The notes below the pieces were generated by a model, which saw nothing but the letters and a program-made list of their open reading frames with translations, made no database searches and had not been told where the DNA came from. The translations under genes and the position numbers were made by a program. A stretch of DNA of 64,000 nucleotides from Azolla caroliniana (taxonomy: Eukaryota; Plantae; Polypodiophyta): contig JBHGNT010000004.1 in NCBI GenBank assembly GCA_043228905.1, forward strand, positions 22,940,001-23,004,000, in the 5' to 3' direction. Position 1 is the first letter of the stretch, and each line of letters opens with the position of its first letter. Below, piece by piece: positions 12,504-24,000 of this stretch.

Positions 12504-15500
12504 TAAAGATTATTTCTGGAAAAGAAATAGGATAAGGTCAGAGAGATAGTCATAACATCATGTCGTGATGTAAACATATCATGGGCAAACATTAATCGAT
12601 ATCATGATCTCACGTCAATACCCCTCTAGACGTATGAGATGAGGTTCAAGATCAGGTTACTATGGTAATACAAAGGTGTTTTAAAAACCATGGGGGTGAC
12701 AAATAAATGTCTTTCCCTGATCTCTATATCGATTTTTTCATGGTGGCTCCCCGAGGCTCAACCATGTATGTTCGCGTCATGAATAGTTTATACACGAAAA
12801 AAATGTTAACAATAAACTATGTTTCGGTGCCCACATATGTGGTTTCGGCTCTTTAAGTCCTATTACGAGGACCCTGAGGTGCACTTAGACCTTAAGTCTA
12901 AACATGTGTTATAGTCATATGTATCAAGGATGTTGTATGGTCTTGGTCATATTTGAACTCGAGACCTCGAGAACAAATACATTAAACACTTGAGCCAACC
13001 AAGTAAGTTGCTCTTCTCGAATGCTTAATGTTTGATGTGTATAAGAGATATGCGAGGCAATTGATCATATATGTTTTTTTTTAAAAGAACATATATGTCA
13101 AGGGTCCTTATTTCGCCCTCATTTACCAAAACTATGTTGGTACGTTACCTAACCTCAAGTCTCGTAATTACGATGGCATACGCCAAAGTGCAACCTAATG
13201 GTCAAGCCAAATGAGCCCTCGTTTCGTAGTAGGCTCACGTGGGCCATCACATGGTCACGTCATTACGAATGCCTCTCGTAAGAACGAGCTCATGGTGGCA
13301 TCGTATCCATGTAACGAGGGAGGGATGTTGGATACATGCGTCATTGGAGCGACCTCACTTGAAGTGGGTCAAACCCTACGTACTCAACATCATTATGGCT
13401 ATTGGCGTTTCTTTACGTAACGAAATCGAGGTCATCAACGGGGTTATCAACAATAAAAAATTGTTGAAAAAGGGATGGTGACAACGCCATTCTCACAAAA
13501 ATGTGAGGACGGCCACCAACATCCTTTTCCCGACAAGGACAACTTTCGATATAATCACGTAATAACGAATATACACATATGTTTACTTATCACATATATA
13601 CGATCAAATACGTATATATGTGACCACATATGCCTATATTAAACATATCGTTATATTAAATAGCCACAAATGATGTGATCGAGATACGTAATCGAGGTAT
13701 ATACCTCTACGCACACGAAACATCCACAAATAAGAGATCATCGTAATACGCAATTGAGGTATTGACCTCTTACGCATACGAGACCAACCGCATATCGTTT
13801 ACAACAAATCAAGGTATTAAACTCATATGCAAACGTAACATATGTTCGTGAACGTAATACGTAATTGAGGTATTAACCTCGTACGCATACGACACTCATC
13901 ACATATTATTAATATGTCAAACGAGGTATTGACCTCATGCACATATGTAAACGTTTTAGATAATCAATTAAAGACCACTACAACATCTTTGACTTAATGA
14001 AAAAAAAAGACATATAAACTAAACACATGATTAGATGGGAGAAGAGAGAATAGAAAAAAAATTTAGGAAAGAGCTCTCCCCTCCCTTTTATAGATCTTCT
14101 TTAGAGCTTCTCATGGAAATAAAAATAATATTTCTTCTCTTTGCATGGACCTTCACCTTCACTTATTTTCCTCAAATGCTAATTTCCATGTCCATCCATT
14201 TAGATTTATCTTGTTATCCCATCCATGTTTGTTTAATCTCTTATAGTAGAAGTAGGACTCAAAACGCTTGGCCTCTCATTCCTAGCATAAACCCTCACCA
14301 ATTGAGTTATGCCTCCTTCTTGTACACTTTTATCCTACAAAGCACATGCAAGGAAAGAATTTGCCTTTTTTATACCATGGAAAATGGCATAAGTGGCCAT
14401 AATTTTATTATTGTAGGTGACTTGCCTCTCTCTCACTATAAAAAGGGAGGGGAAGAGACAAAGGGGTGTTGTCAATTTTTAGGATTTTTAGGTTTTGGCT
14501 TTCTCTCTTGGAGCTTCTTCTTCCTTTACTTCTCCATTTTTGTCCTTCATCTACCCTTCTACTTCCTCTTTCATTTTTAATAACTAATACAGTTTTCAAG
14601 GGTGAAAAGATTTTCCTTAGGAGGCAACTTGGTTTTGGCCCAAGGAGCATGAGAGGCGGAAGTGAAGGTGTACATGAAGAGAGGTATGAGTGCATGGAAA
14701 GACAAGATGGCAAAAAGGCAATACAATAGTCATTTGTGAGCTTGACCCTCCCAAACATGATTTCCATTTTGCATTAAAATAATCTTGTGTCATTATTCCG
14801 TCCTATTTTAAGAGGGTTAACTTGTATTAATTTGATAACCTAATGATATTGTTGGAATGAAGTCTATTTCAGCCAAATTGTCTTGCATCTAAGTGTCAAT
14901 GGTTGAATCGAATTAAGATGTTATCGTAGACATTGGGTTGTGGAAGTAATCACAATTCGGGTTGTGAGCGTCTCCTAAACAAAGTGGCAAGCAAGAACCA
15001 TGGAGGGGGGTTCCTAACATGAAAGAGTGCTTTCGCATGGAAGAGGCGAAAGCACAAAGAAGAGTTTAATCCACAAGTGTACATTCACTACAAGAGTGCC
15101 CCTTCACTACATGAGTCATTTCAATCCACGGGTGCCCATCCATTACACAACTTTGAATCCATGAGCACTCCATTACACAAAGGCCAATCCATAAAATGAA
15201 TCCAAGAAAGGAATGCACAAAGGCTCTCCATTCAACAAAGGAGAATCCGTGAAAGGATAACACGAAGTGGTAATGCTAAAACATACTATTAGACAATGAG
15301 TTTTGTTACATATGCGAAGTTGGCTTTACCAAAATAATGGGCACCACAATTTTGATGGCTTTTACTAGGAAAATAGTTAACCAAAATAGAAAATGGGAGA
15401 TGATTACAAGTTAGTTGCTAAGCTAAAAAAAGAGGCGGTGGGATCCGGTGAAGGTACGAGTGAAGTGGGCTTTGGAGACCTCACCTACGTTCAATGGCAA

Positions 15501-15689
15501 CAACCTTCGAGTTGAAGTAGGGTTCTTGGCCACGTTGTGCTCCCCTTCCGTGACCGGTGTGTGAGTTCTTTGAAGCTTACCACATGTAACGAGCTTGGTG
15601 ATGATGGAGCCCATGAAGACCACCTAAGAAGAAGAGGAGATCTAGAAGAAGTGAAAGAACGATATACCTTCATGGTGCAATACAAGGTC

Positions 15690-16250
15690 GAGCTCCAAAG
15701 CTAATAGCCATAGTTTCAACAATTAGCTATTATACACATCATAATGCCAACCTTGTGTTGTAATTACACGTTTCGGGCCATATTAAATGGAACCAATGTC
15801 ATTGTTATCTATGCCTTTAGCACTCCATAAACATTGACATACATGGATTTTTCTTCATCTTATATTTTTCAAATTGAGAAGAGAGTTGTATTGGCAATAG
15901 TAGCATGCCTAGAGGTGAGTAGGGTGTTGACCATCAATGGGTTTATAATATATCATAATTGGAAGCACCAACAATAGAAGTGGAGTATGTTGCAATTGGT
16001 GATTTAGCTTGTAAGAAACCGTTGTGGCTTTATATGGAAGTAGAATGTAAGGAAGCTTTATCATTGGTGAATCTTGTCAGGAACTCTTGTGGCTTTATAT
16101 TTATGCAAATTTCTTTTAAACATATGTTTCGACGTGAGTATTGAACCTTATACCCATATAGTCCTCAAGTGTACTAGCCATGCAAAGGGTATACAAGAAT
16201 ATGCTCGGGGTCACAAATTGACAAAACAAGCTTGGAAAGAGGATGCAAAG
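15690..16250 (+). pseudogene. Highly degenerate Ty1/copia RT-RNase H remnant
   Basis: EAPTIEVEYVAIGDLACKKPLWL resembles the copia RNase H motif STTEAEYVA...CKE..WL. Confidence 0.55.
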
Positions 16251-16426
16251 TACCAAATAATAATAAGAGCAAAATCCTCTCATGTGTTTGGGTGTTTGAC
16301 ATCATGAAATGGTTTAAAGGATGGGGAGTAAAATATCTATTGGAGTTCTGGGGTGATCCCATTAAGTATGTGATCATTGAGGATAGATTACTAGAGACAC
16401 TAAGAATGAAGTGACAAGATGCTAAA

Positions 16427-16752
16427 ATGTCAATGTTGTAATATCAGATTGCAAATATTAACCCTCAATGTTGAGCTCAAAACAAGAGAAAAATGTCAAA
16501 ACTTATACAACCGCATACGACTACCCCATGAGCCTTGGCTCTTAGAGAGGCTTAAGTACACTTCTTCATATTCACTCACTCACATAAGCAATGTCAATAT
16601 TGTAATATCACATTGCAAATATTAACCCTCAATGTTGAGCTCAAAAACAAGATAAAAATGTCAAAACTTGTACATCCGCCTTTTACTACCCCCATGAGCC
16701 TTGGCTCTTAGAGAGGCTTAAGTACGCTTCTTCATACTCACTCACATAAGCT
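16427..16752. repeat. Tandem duplication, ~164-bp unit x2
   Basis: atgtcaat.ttgtaatatca.attgcaaatattaaccctcaatgttgagctc... occurs at ~16427 and ~16591 with few differences. Confidence 0.85.
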
Positions 16753-19330
16753 AGGTGTGAAGATAGCAATATGGCATGAGGTAGTTCTATTGATCATTGC
16801 AGCCCAACAACTATATTAACATCGTTCTTTCTTTACATTTCTTGTGTAGTTGTGAATGACCACTAACAAAATGTTGAAACATGGTAAGGTGACTCAAATG
16901 AGAACCTGTCAAACATATTATTTGAGGATGATAACAACTATGGTAATTGAAGATATTTTTTTCCTTGGTGATAATCGCATGATTTATTATATGTACATAC
17001 TAAAGCATGGGACAATATGCTTGGAAACAAGGATAAAGGATATTTCATGTTAAAACACAATTAAAAGCATTGCCTTTGATTTACTCATCCATGCTAACCG
17101 TCAAATTATTACATGTTAAAGCACAATGTGAAAGCATTGCCTTTAAGAAGGTATTTTCTTTTCTACCTTACGAAAATCCAAGTAGTTAAATATAAGAAAA
17201 TGATGATGGTTGTGTTAAAACTTGTTGTGTGCAAACTTAGAAAATGTCATAAGTATTGGGTTCATGTGTTAAGCAAGGACTCAACATTGAAAATGCCCAT
17301 ATCTAAGTTCTAAACACGAACTTTGGATTTTACACATCACTTCCCACTTTAATCCTAAAGAGGTCACTTTACAAATTAAGTTTGAGAACATGCGCTCAGG
17401 CTTTTCAAACCAAACTCTCCACTTGCCTCCTGAAAAGTTGAAAAGATAGTACCATTGGCTTTAAAAGGTAATGCTAAGAAGACAAGGGTAGAAAATATAA
17501 TAATTAATTTGTTTCTTGAGTCTTCAAAAGATGGTATTACAAATCACTTTCCACAACACAGGGTAGATAATATGATACCATTGCCTTAAAGGTAATGTCA
17601 ACAAGAAAGGGTAGTGACAAATTTATATCCTATGCTCATATCCCTAAAATCTAAGTAATGATAATTTTACATCTCTTTGTTCATGTCCTTAAAAATATAG
17701 GTAATGACAATTTTACATCTCTTTGTTCCTATAGCTAAAAATTTAGGTAATGCCAGTTTTACTCGATCAATAAATGATGAACCTTTTTCTCTTGCTATAG
17801 CACGTGATAGGTTAAATTTACTAACTTGGATAGGGCCCAACAACAAAAACATATTGGTAGTTGGTAGCCCAACCATTGAAATGGTACCACCTTCTCATGC
17901 TTCCATAGACTTGCGATACCTCATATTTATTCTTTGTGACTTCATACCACACGGTTCTTCCCAAACATTCCCCCCCCCCCCAATTCGATAAAACAACTCT
18001 ATTATCATTGGACATGAGCACCAACATAATCACGATGCCACACAAATTTGATAAAACAACTAGAATATTGTCACTTCATTGACATGAACAACATGATCAC
18101 AATCCATGTATATTAGAGACTTATCTCATTACTCAACCAGCTACATTTGTAGTCTAAAATAATATCCCACTATAAGTCACTCTTTTTAGTATGATGTTTA
18201 CCAATTAGGGATTACATTAGTGATAATCTTGACATGGTCAATTTACTAGTTATCATTTATTTATATTGAGGTCATCACATTATACATGTTATGCTTTGCT
18301 TTCGAAGAAGTCAGTAAGACACGAAGTGAGACTTACATTGAATCTAAGATAACAATCCATGGTCGGACCAAGAGGACATCTTGCACACATTGGATGTGAT
18401 TATACAACTCTCGTTTTAAAAAGGTCAACCATGTTCATGCAACCTTCCTTCACACATTCTCATCTCCTAGTGTACGATGGATAGAATTTTCAAGTTTTCA
18501 TACAACTATTCCACTAAATTCATGGTCGATTAAGAATCACTAACATGTTTACTAGAATAGAATTAAACGAGAACTATAGGATCTCCTATTGCATGTTTAC
18601 TTGTTTCATGAAGACTTTCAACTTCATTTTCTGACAAAAACCTTAATTGTCCACTTCGTTCCGTACTCAACCTCCTCTGTCCACGCAATGCTCGATTATC
18701 CTGTACATGAACCATAATGAAGCAATAATCATTGTCAATACTTGATCATTAATATGTATCCTTGAAGTTTCGAAAGAAATTATATTCAAAAAAGAAGGAA
18801 TACATGTGTCACTTTTACAAATCATATGTACCTATAATACCACAAGAGCAATACATTTAGGAAAGATGAAATACTTATGTAAGGAGTTAGACATTTTGCA
18901 CATGGGCTACATCCCCTCGTGTTTTTTTGAAGGTGACCAAAAATATTTAGATAGTTTTCAAAGATGGAAAGGAGTAGCCCACTTCCCTAGTGTGTTCTAA
19001 CTCCACACAAGTTTCTACATGCCAAGGGAAATGAGGCCATCGGGATACCTAGGTTACAAAACGTTTAAACCATTTCCCCCACTCTTTAAATTCGTAGACA
19101 TCTTTCACAAGTGTCATGTTTGTAGAAATGTTTCCCATCAGTTAAGTCGCTTCGCATATGGCCGAAAGAATACCAAGTCTTTTAGTTTTTCTAATTTCTA
19201 ATCCCATGGCTTAAGTTGTACAAATTATCTTCATGTGGGATTTGATACTTAGTTTCCATTTTGCATTTTGCCCCTAGTGTGTGTAAACATTATGAGCTTC
19301 TCATGGCAATGATCCTTCCCATACCTGAAC

Positions 19331-19516
19331 AATGGTTAGATATATTGAACTCATCACCATCACTATGGTGCCTCCTAAAGAGACACATAATACCACAATG
19401 TATGGACAAAATCCAACTAGTGGACAATGGCTAGATATATTGAAATCCCCACCATGACAGTGCGTGCCTCCGAAGAGACGCATAATACCACAATGTATGG
19501 ACAAAATCCAACTAGT
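19331..19516. repeat. Tandem duplication, ~95-bp unit x2
   Basis: aatgg.tagatatattgaa...cataataccacaatgtatggacaaaatccaactagtg is repeated. Confidence 0.8.
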
Positions 19517-19823
19517 GTCGGGAGATGTGATCTAGAGTTCAATGTAAAGAAGACGTTGGTGTTATCGTCTACGAAAGATCGGACAAGTGTGAAAACGTGC
19601 GCAGACATGTAGTATTGAATGTTGGAAATACATAGATCCATGTGTGGAATGAAGCATTACAAGAATGTTCAATCAAAGAGAAAAATGACAATATGTAGAA
19701 TATAAGTATGGAATGTAATCCAAACTGAGTAAAGGTTGTTATGCATAATCTAGATCACGAATAATTGAATGAATTTGTGTGCAAATTAGATAGAATTGAG
19801 AGAGAGAGGGATGTAGATTTTAC

Positions 19824-20015
19824 CTGGATGATGCTAGGTTCAGGGGGAGGACATCTTATGGGCTCATCAATTTCCAAAGGTTCAGGTGGGTGTTGTTGCA
19901 TACTACTCACAACTTCTACTAAATTTATCTGATGATCTGTTTCTTCTTCCTCTGCATTTGGTGGAGGTACTGGTATTCCTTCCTCCTCATGCTGATGATC
20001 TAATACTGTGTTCGC
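19824..20015 (-). CDS. Exon 2 of the same host gene (CPPPEPSI-motif plant protein)
   Basis: Acceptor gatag|GCG, 64 open codons (ANTVLDHQHEEEGIPVPPPNAEEEETDHQINLVEVVSSMQQHPPEPLEIDEPIRCPPPEPSIIQ), donor CAG|gtaaaa, phase matches exon 1. From memory the motif resembles a plant family with CP.PEPSI..DGRIWKE. Confidence 0.75.
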
Positions 20016-20487
20016 CTATCACCAATTCCCATTTCTATCCATAGTTAATTAATGAGTTAAATTTGTAAGTAGCAAACCCCCCTCAGAAAAAGAAGAAACA
20101 TAAAAAACCCAAAAATCAAGCAATATGGAGTTTTGATCCCTTTTCCATTAGATTTTTATTTCAATGGCTGAATTTGTTTAAAATTTGGGCTCAATTCATT
20201 CTATTCCATCCAAATTTTAACATTGCCCCAAAAATTTAATAAAATAATGGATTCAATGATATGCTCCAATATGAATGATTATAAAGCACAGGGGATTATT
20301 TCTAGGCAAATCTTTTTTGAAAAAGGGGGGGTGGGGGGGGGCAAAAAAACCCTCTGTTTTTTTTGGTTCAATCCATCATCAAATCTCCGCCCAAAAAAAT
20401 AATTACTATAAATTAAATCTTGCAATTTCGATCCAATCTCTAACAAGGCTCTTAACTTAATTAAGCAAAAAATCAGCTCAATTTTAC

Positions 20488-20640
20488 CTTCCTAGGAGGT
20501 AAAATGAGGCTGTCCTTGACACCACCAGTCGAAGGTCTGGAGCAGGAGCTCATGAGCGGTAAGAAAGCTCGGAAGAGAGGATCGGAATCGGTGGCGGAGT
20601 GCGCCCGCCTCCGGATCAGCATCTTCAAAGATTCCTTCAT
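20488..20640 (-). CDS. Exon 1 of a host gene encoding a conserved uncharacterised plant protein (partial gene)
   Basis: ATG at 20640, 51 codons (MKESLKMLIRRRAHSATDSDPLFRAFLPLMSSCSRPSTGGVKDSLILPPRK), then a phase-0 donor AAG|gtaaaa. Not in the ORF track because it is short. Confidence 0.7.
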
Positions 20641-20769
20641 CACCCAAATTGATTAGTCTATATTTTAATGTTCTCCAATCACACCAAGCTCCCTGATGAT
20701 CAATTTAATCTTAATCTGAACAAAACAGGACCCAAATCAAGAGATTAGTTGATGGATCAATTTGCATGT

Positions 20770-21015
20770 GACAAGGAGGAGGAAGAGGGAGGAGGAAGGA
20801 GTGTTATTTATATGTATACAAAGAGGGAGGTAACTATGGGGGGAGGAGAGAGAGACAGAGAGACAGAGAGAACAAATGATGACTTGTTTATTACAAAAAT
20901 GACCTCAATTCCGTGTCAGGGGAGGAGAGAGAAAGAGAGAGGGAGCAAATGTTGATTTGTTTACTACAAAAATGACCTAAATTCTGTGTCAGGGGAGGAG
21001 AGAGAGAGAGAGAGG
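20770..21015 (-). promoter_or_regulatory. Putative core promoter: TATA box, pyrimidine patch and GA/CT repeats
   Basis: TATAAATA at 20812-20805 (minus), ~165 bp upstream of the ATG, followed by a CT-rich patch. Upstream is a duplicated ~70-bp unit containing (GA)n tracts. Confidence 0.55.
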
Positions 21016-24000
21016 GACGCATAGATAGATCATAGAGATATATGGGCTAGAGAGAGGATGTGATGCTGGATGGTGGCATGAGCATTTTTCTTACCTTTTT
21101 TGTATGTGTGCTATATGTACATATATGACCATCACCCCATCCATACACATACACATTTACACATACTCATACACATACAGATCATCATCATCATAATCAT
21201 CACCACCTCAATTCCCACACATTTCTTTGCTCTAGATCCATATACCAATTCGTGGCCTCGGTTTCCCAGTGCCCCTCCTTTCGCGGCTCCACCCCCCCCC
21301 CCCATCAAACACCGAACGACTAGTAAGGCCTCCACCATTGGTAGACTGGACACAATCGCTACGTGTTTGTGTTCTCATCGTGGCTTTTGATGGAGCACAA
21401 CCAATCATTTGTTTTGGGGGGAGGGAGGGAGGGTTGGTGGGCACTCCAATTGATGGTTCATAATTTGTTGAAGTCCATGTGTTTGTAGTCTCCTGGTCCC
21501 AGAGTGTCAATCTATTCTTATCCCGCTGTCACCATTTTCAGATTTAGGAACTTAGAAACTCTACATTTTCTAGGTGTAGTAGAGTCGGATTCTCATAAAT
21601 CGCACAAATCAATAACTTTTGTCACATATGTGTCCATAACTTTTGAAACCAAATTCTCGAAAATAAGATATAAACTCGACCACTTATGCATAGAAGTTAG
21701 AACACATTGAAGGAATATGTACACTTTACCTTACTGACAACAAAATCTTTTCAACTACTTTATTGGATAGAGTAGTGTTAGTTAGCCTACTAAGATTAAA
21801 CTAATTAAAGATAATTGAACGACCTGAAATATTCTAGGTTTTGTCTATTCAACGACATAGCTTTTTGTCTACATAATTAGGCAAATTTTGGAAACAATTC
21901 TTGGAATTTTAGTCAAACCAATAGGAATGTGGGTTTTCTTCTAAAAAAAATTTAGGGTTGCTAATTTTACGAAAAATGTGATAGTTGTTTTTAGTAGTTA
22001 TTCATCATATATGATGGAGATGATTTACGTATCATGACCACCTTTGAGACAACAGGCAAATGCATACTTGTCAATATATCAAATAATGAACCTATAGAAC
22101 ATCATCAATATTAGACATATTCATCAAGTAGTTAGTCTCAAATATATTATTTATCCTAATTTTGACCATCAAATCTTGGCTTGTCATAATGGAGCATCCA
22201 CACTCCTCCTAAATACAAAAGTTGAGCATTGACCATGACATTATTAAGCATCTCACCTTGTCTGGCTTCTAAAAGCTAAGCATGATCTAGTCATCATTGC
22301 TAAGAATCTATAACTCTGTTGTACTTGGCAAATAACAAGCAATGCCATGCCCTTAGTCATTATCGAGCATTGATGTTTTAACTTCACTTTTACATTTGCA
22401 AGATTACTCTCCTGTAACATACACTTAGGCTTATACTAAATAAGCGGTAAAAAAGTCATAACAGTCTATTCCCTAAATTTTTGGGAGGTGTTGGAGTGAA
22501 GACTTTCCTTCACAAAGGTTTTCTTGCATTTCTTTTGAACTTATAACCATGTTGGAGTACTTGAAATGCCTTTCAAAGTTTTGAATTTTCCAAAGTTGAT
22601 CCATTCTCATTATTGCATCCACTAAAATTTACTTGGATATTTTTGTTCCAAACAATGTAACAACATTGTTAGCCACTTGATACATTCACTTTTAATGTAT
22701 GTCAACATCGAGCACAAACCTAGTAATGTTTCATAAAAACTACTCCCCAAACAACAAGGAGAATCTCACATGAATGGCTTCTGATCGGATTCGAGATCGC
22801 TCGAAGTCATAGTATGAACCATACGTCCCATACATGCATTCACACTCGTGAATGTTTCAATCATTCGAGTATGGTAAACACTCTCAAAGTATGGTAAATA
22901 CCATACTTTTGGATTAACTATTTATTATGAGGTAAATAAACCTAAAAAAAGGGGAAAAACAAAAAAAAACTTAAAAAAAGGGGGAAAAAACAAAAAACAA
23001 AACACAAGAATGTTTGAATAACATTCGCATTTGTTTTCTAACGTAGGAAAACGAATGTTATGCTAGACAAACATGAATTTTACGTACTATGCTTGAAGCT
23101 ACTAGATTTTAATTGAGATAATAAATATTTGTTTGGTTCTCATAGCTTTCATCACACATCAATCTAGATTGATAAGACCATTTTATACACGAGGTAAATA
23201 TTTCTAAACTGATACCAATCGATAAAATAAATCAAATTTATTATTTTTTGAGGGCCAATCATTATGAAGATGGTTTAAATTCACTATTCATAAAATGTGA
23301 TTGATATGGACATCTAAGTTACATTGGAGATATATAAATTTGACTTATCCAATTTGAAACAAATAATGAAGCACAATTCTTTATATTTCTTCTAACCATT
23401 CAAATCTCTCTTTGCTAAATCTTGAAGTGATATATCTATTATCAAGTGGAACTGCAAATAGTGAAAATACAATTAATAGGACAAACTATATGGATTTTTG
23501 TATCAAGAAATAAGGGATCTAAAACATCCCATTAGTTTAATTCCTTTTTTTTATCAAATAAGAATATGCTCCATTAATTAAAATGTCATTTAGTGCACAA
23601 CTTTAGTCCCTTTATCGGATAGTCATTACCTAATTCCATATGGGCGTCATCAATTATTTATCTTACACTCAATAGCCCACATGTTTGTTCTCTATGTGTC
23701 TCATGTCATTCACGCCCCTCTTTCATCTAATGGGAGGGGGGAACAACCATTTGGGTACTACGTACTGCCAATGTATATCCATTCCAATTTCTGCCGCCAT
23801 CAGTGTAGTACACCATCGTTTTCTGAAATTCAGCCTCATTAGTTCGGAAGCATCATTTGTTCCATCAATCCGCTCATATTGGACGCTCAATGTAGTTATT
23901 AATGTGTGCCATATTAGCTTAATAGATTGTGTTGGAGGTCGTTTGTTTGCTGAAAATACCCTAGTACATCTTGTTGTCCATATGCTCCATATGATAATGG

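Larger units (their letters stand above)
7614..13980 (-). mobile_element. Ty3/gypsy chromovirus-type LTR retrotransposon; 3' LTR present, 5' LTR not found
   Basis: Domain order gag - protease (FLFDSGSSHNF) - RT ([21 protein letters not shown]) - RNase H ([10 protein letters not shown]) - integrase (ISMDFI, SDRDPKF, GPF, IHPVFHVSRLK) - chromodomain-like C-terminus. PPT AGAGGGGGAGTA lies next to the LTR start TGTTACGGGC. Confidence 0.93.

Noticed and set aside
13685-13945. Hairpin repeats with spacers as a mini-CRISPR
   Set aside because: The repeats are short and degenerate, lie in a gypsy leader, and have no cas genes nearby.
14035-14767. 181-aa hydrophobic ORF as a membrane or env-like protein
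   Set aside because: Hydrophobicity follows from T-rich composition, and the region looks like decayed repeat sequence with no recognisable motif.
21100-21710. Divergent plus-strand gene next to the host promoter
   Set aside because: Low-complexity ORFs with no recognisable motif or convincing splice structure.
22720-23100. Possible MITE with cattcg/cgaatg motifs
   Set aside because: No convincing TIR pair or TSD could be defined.
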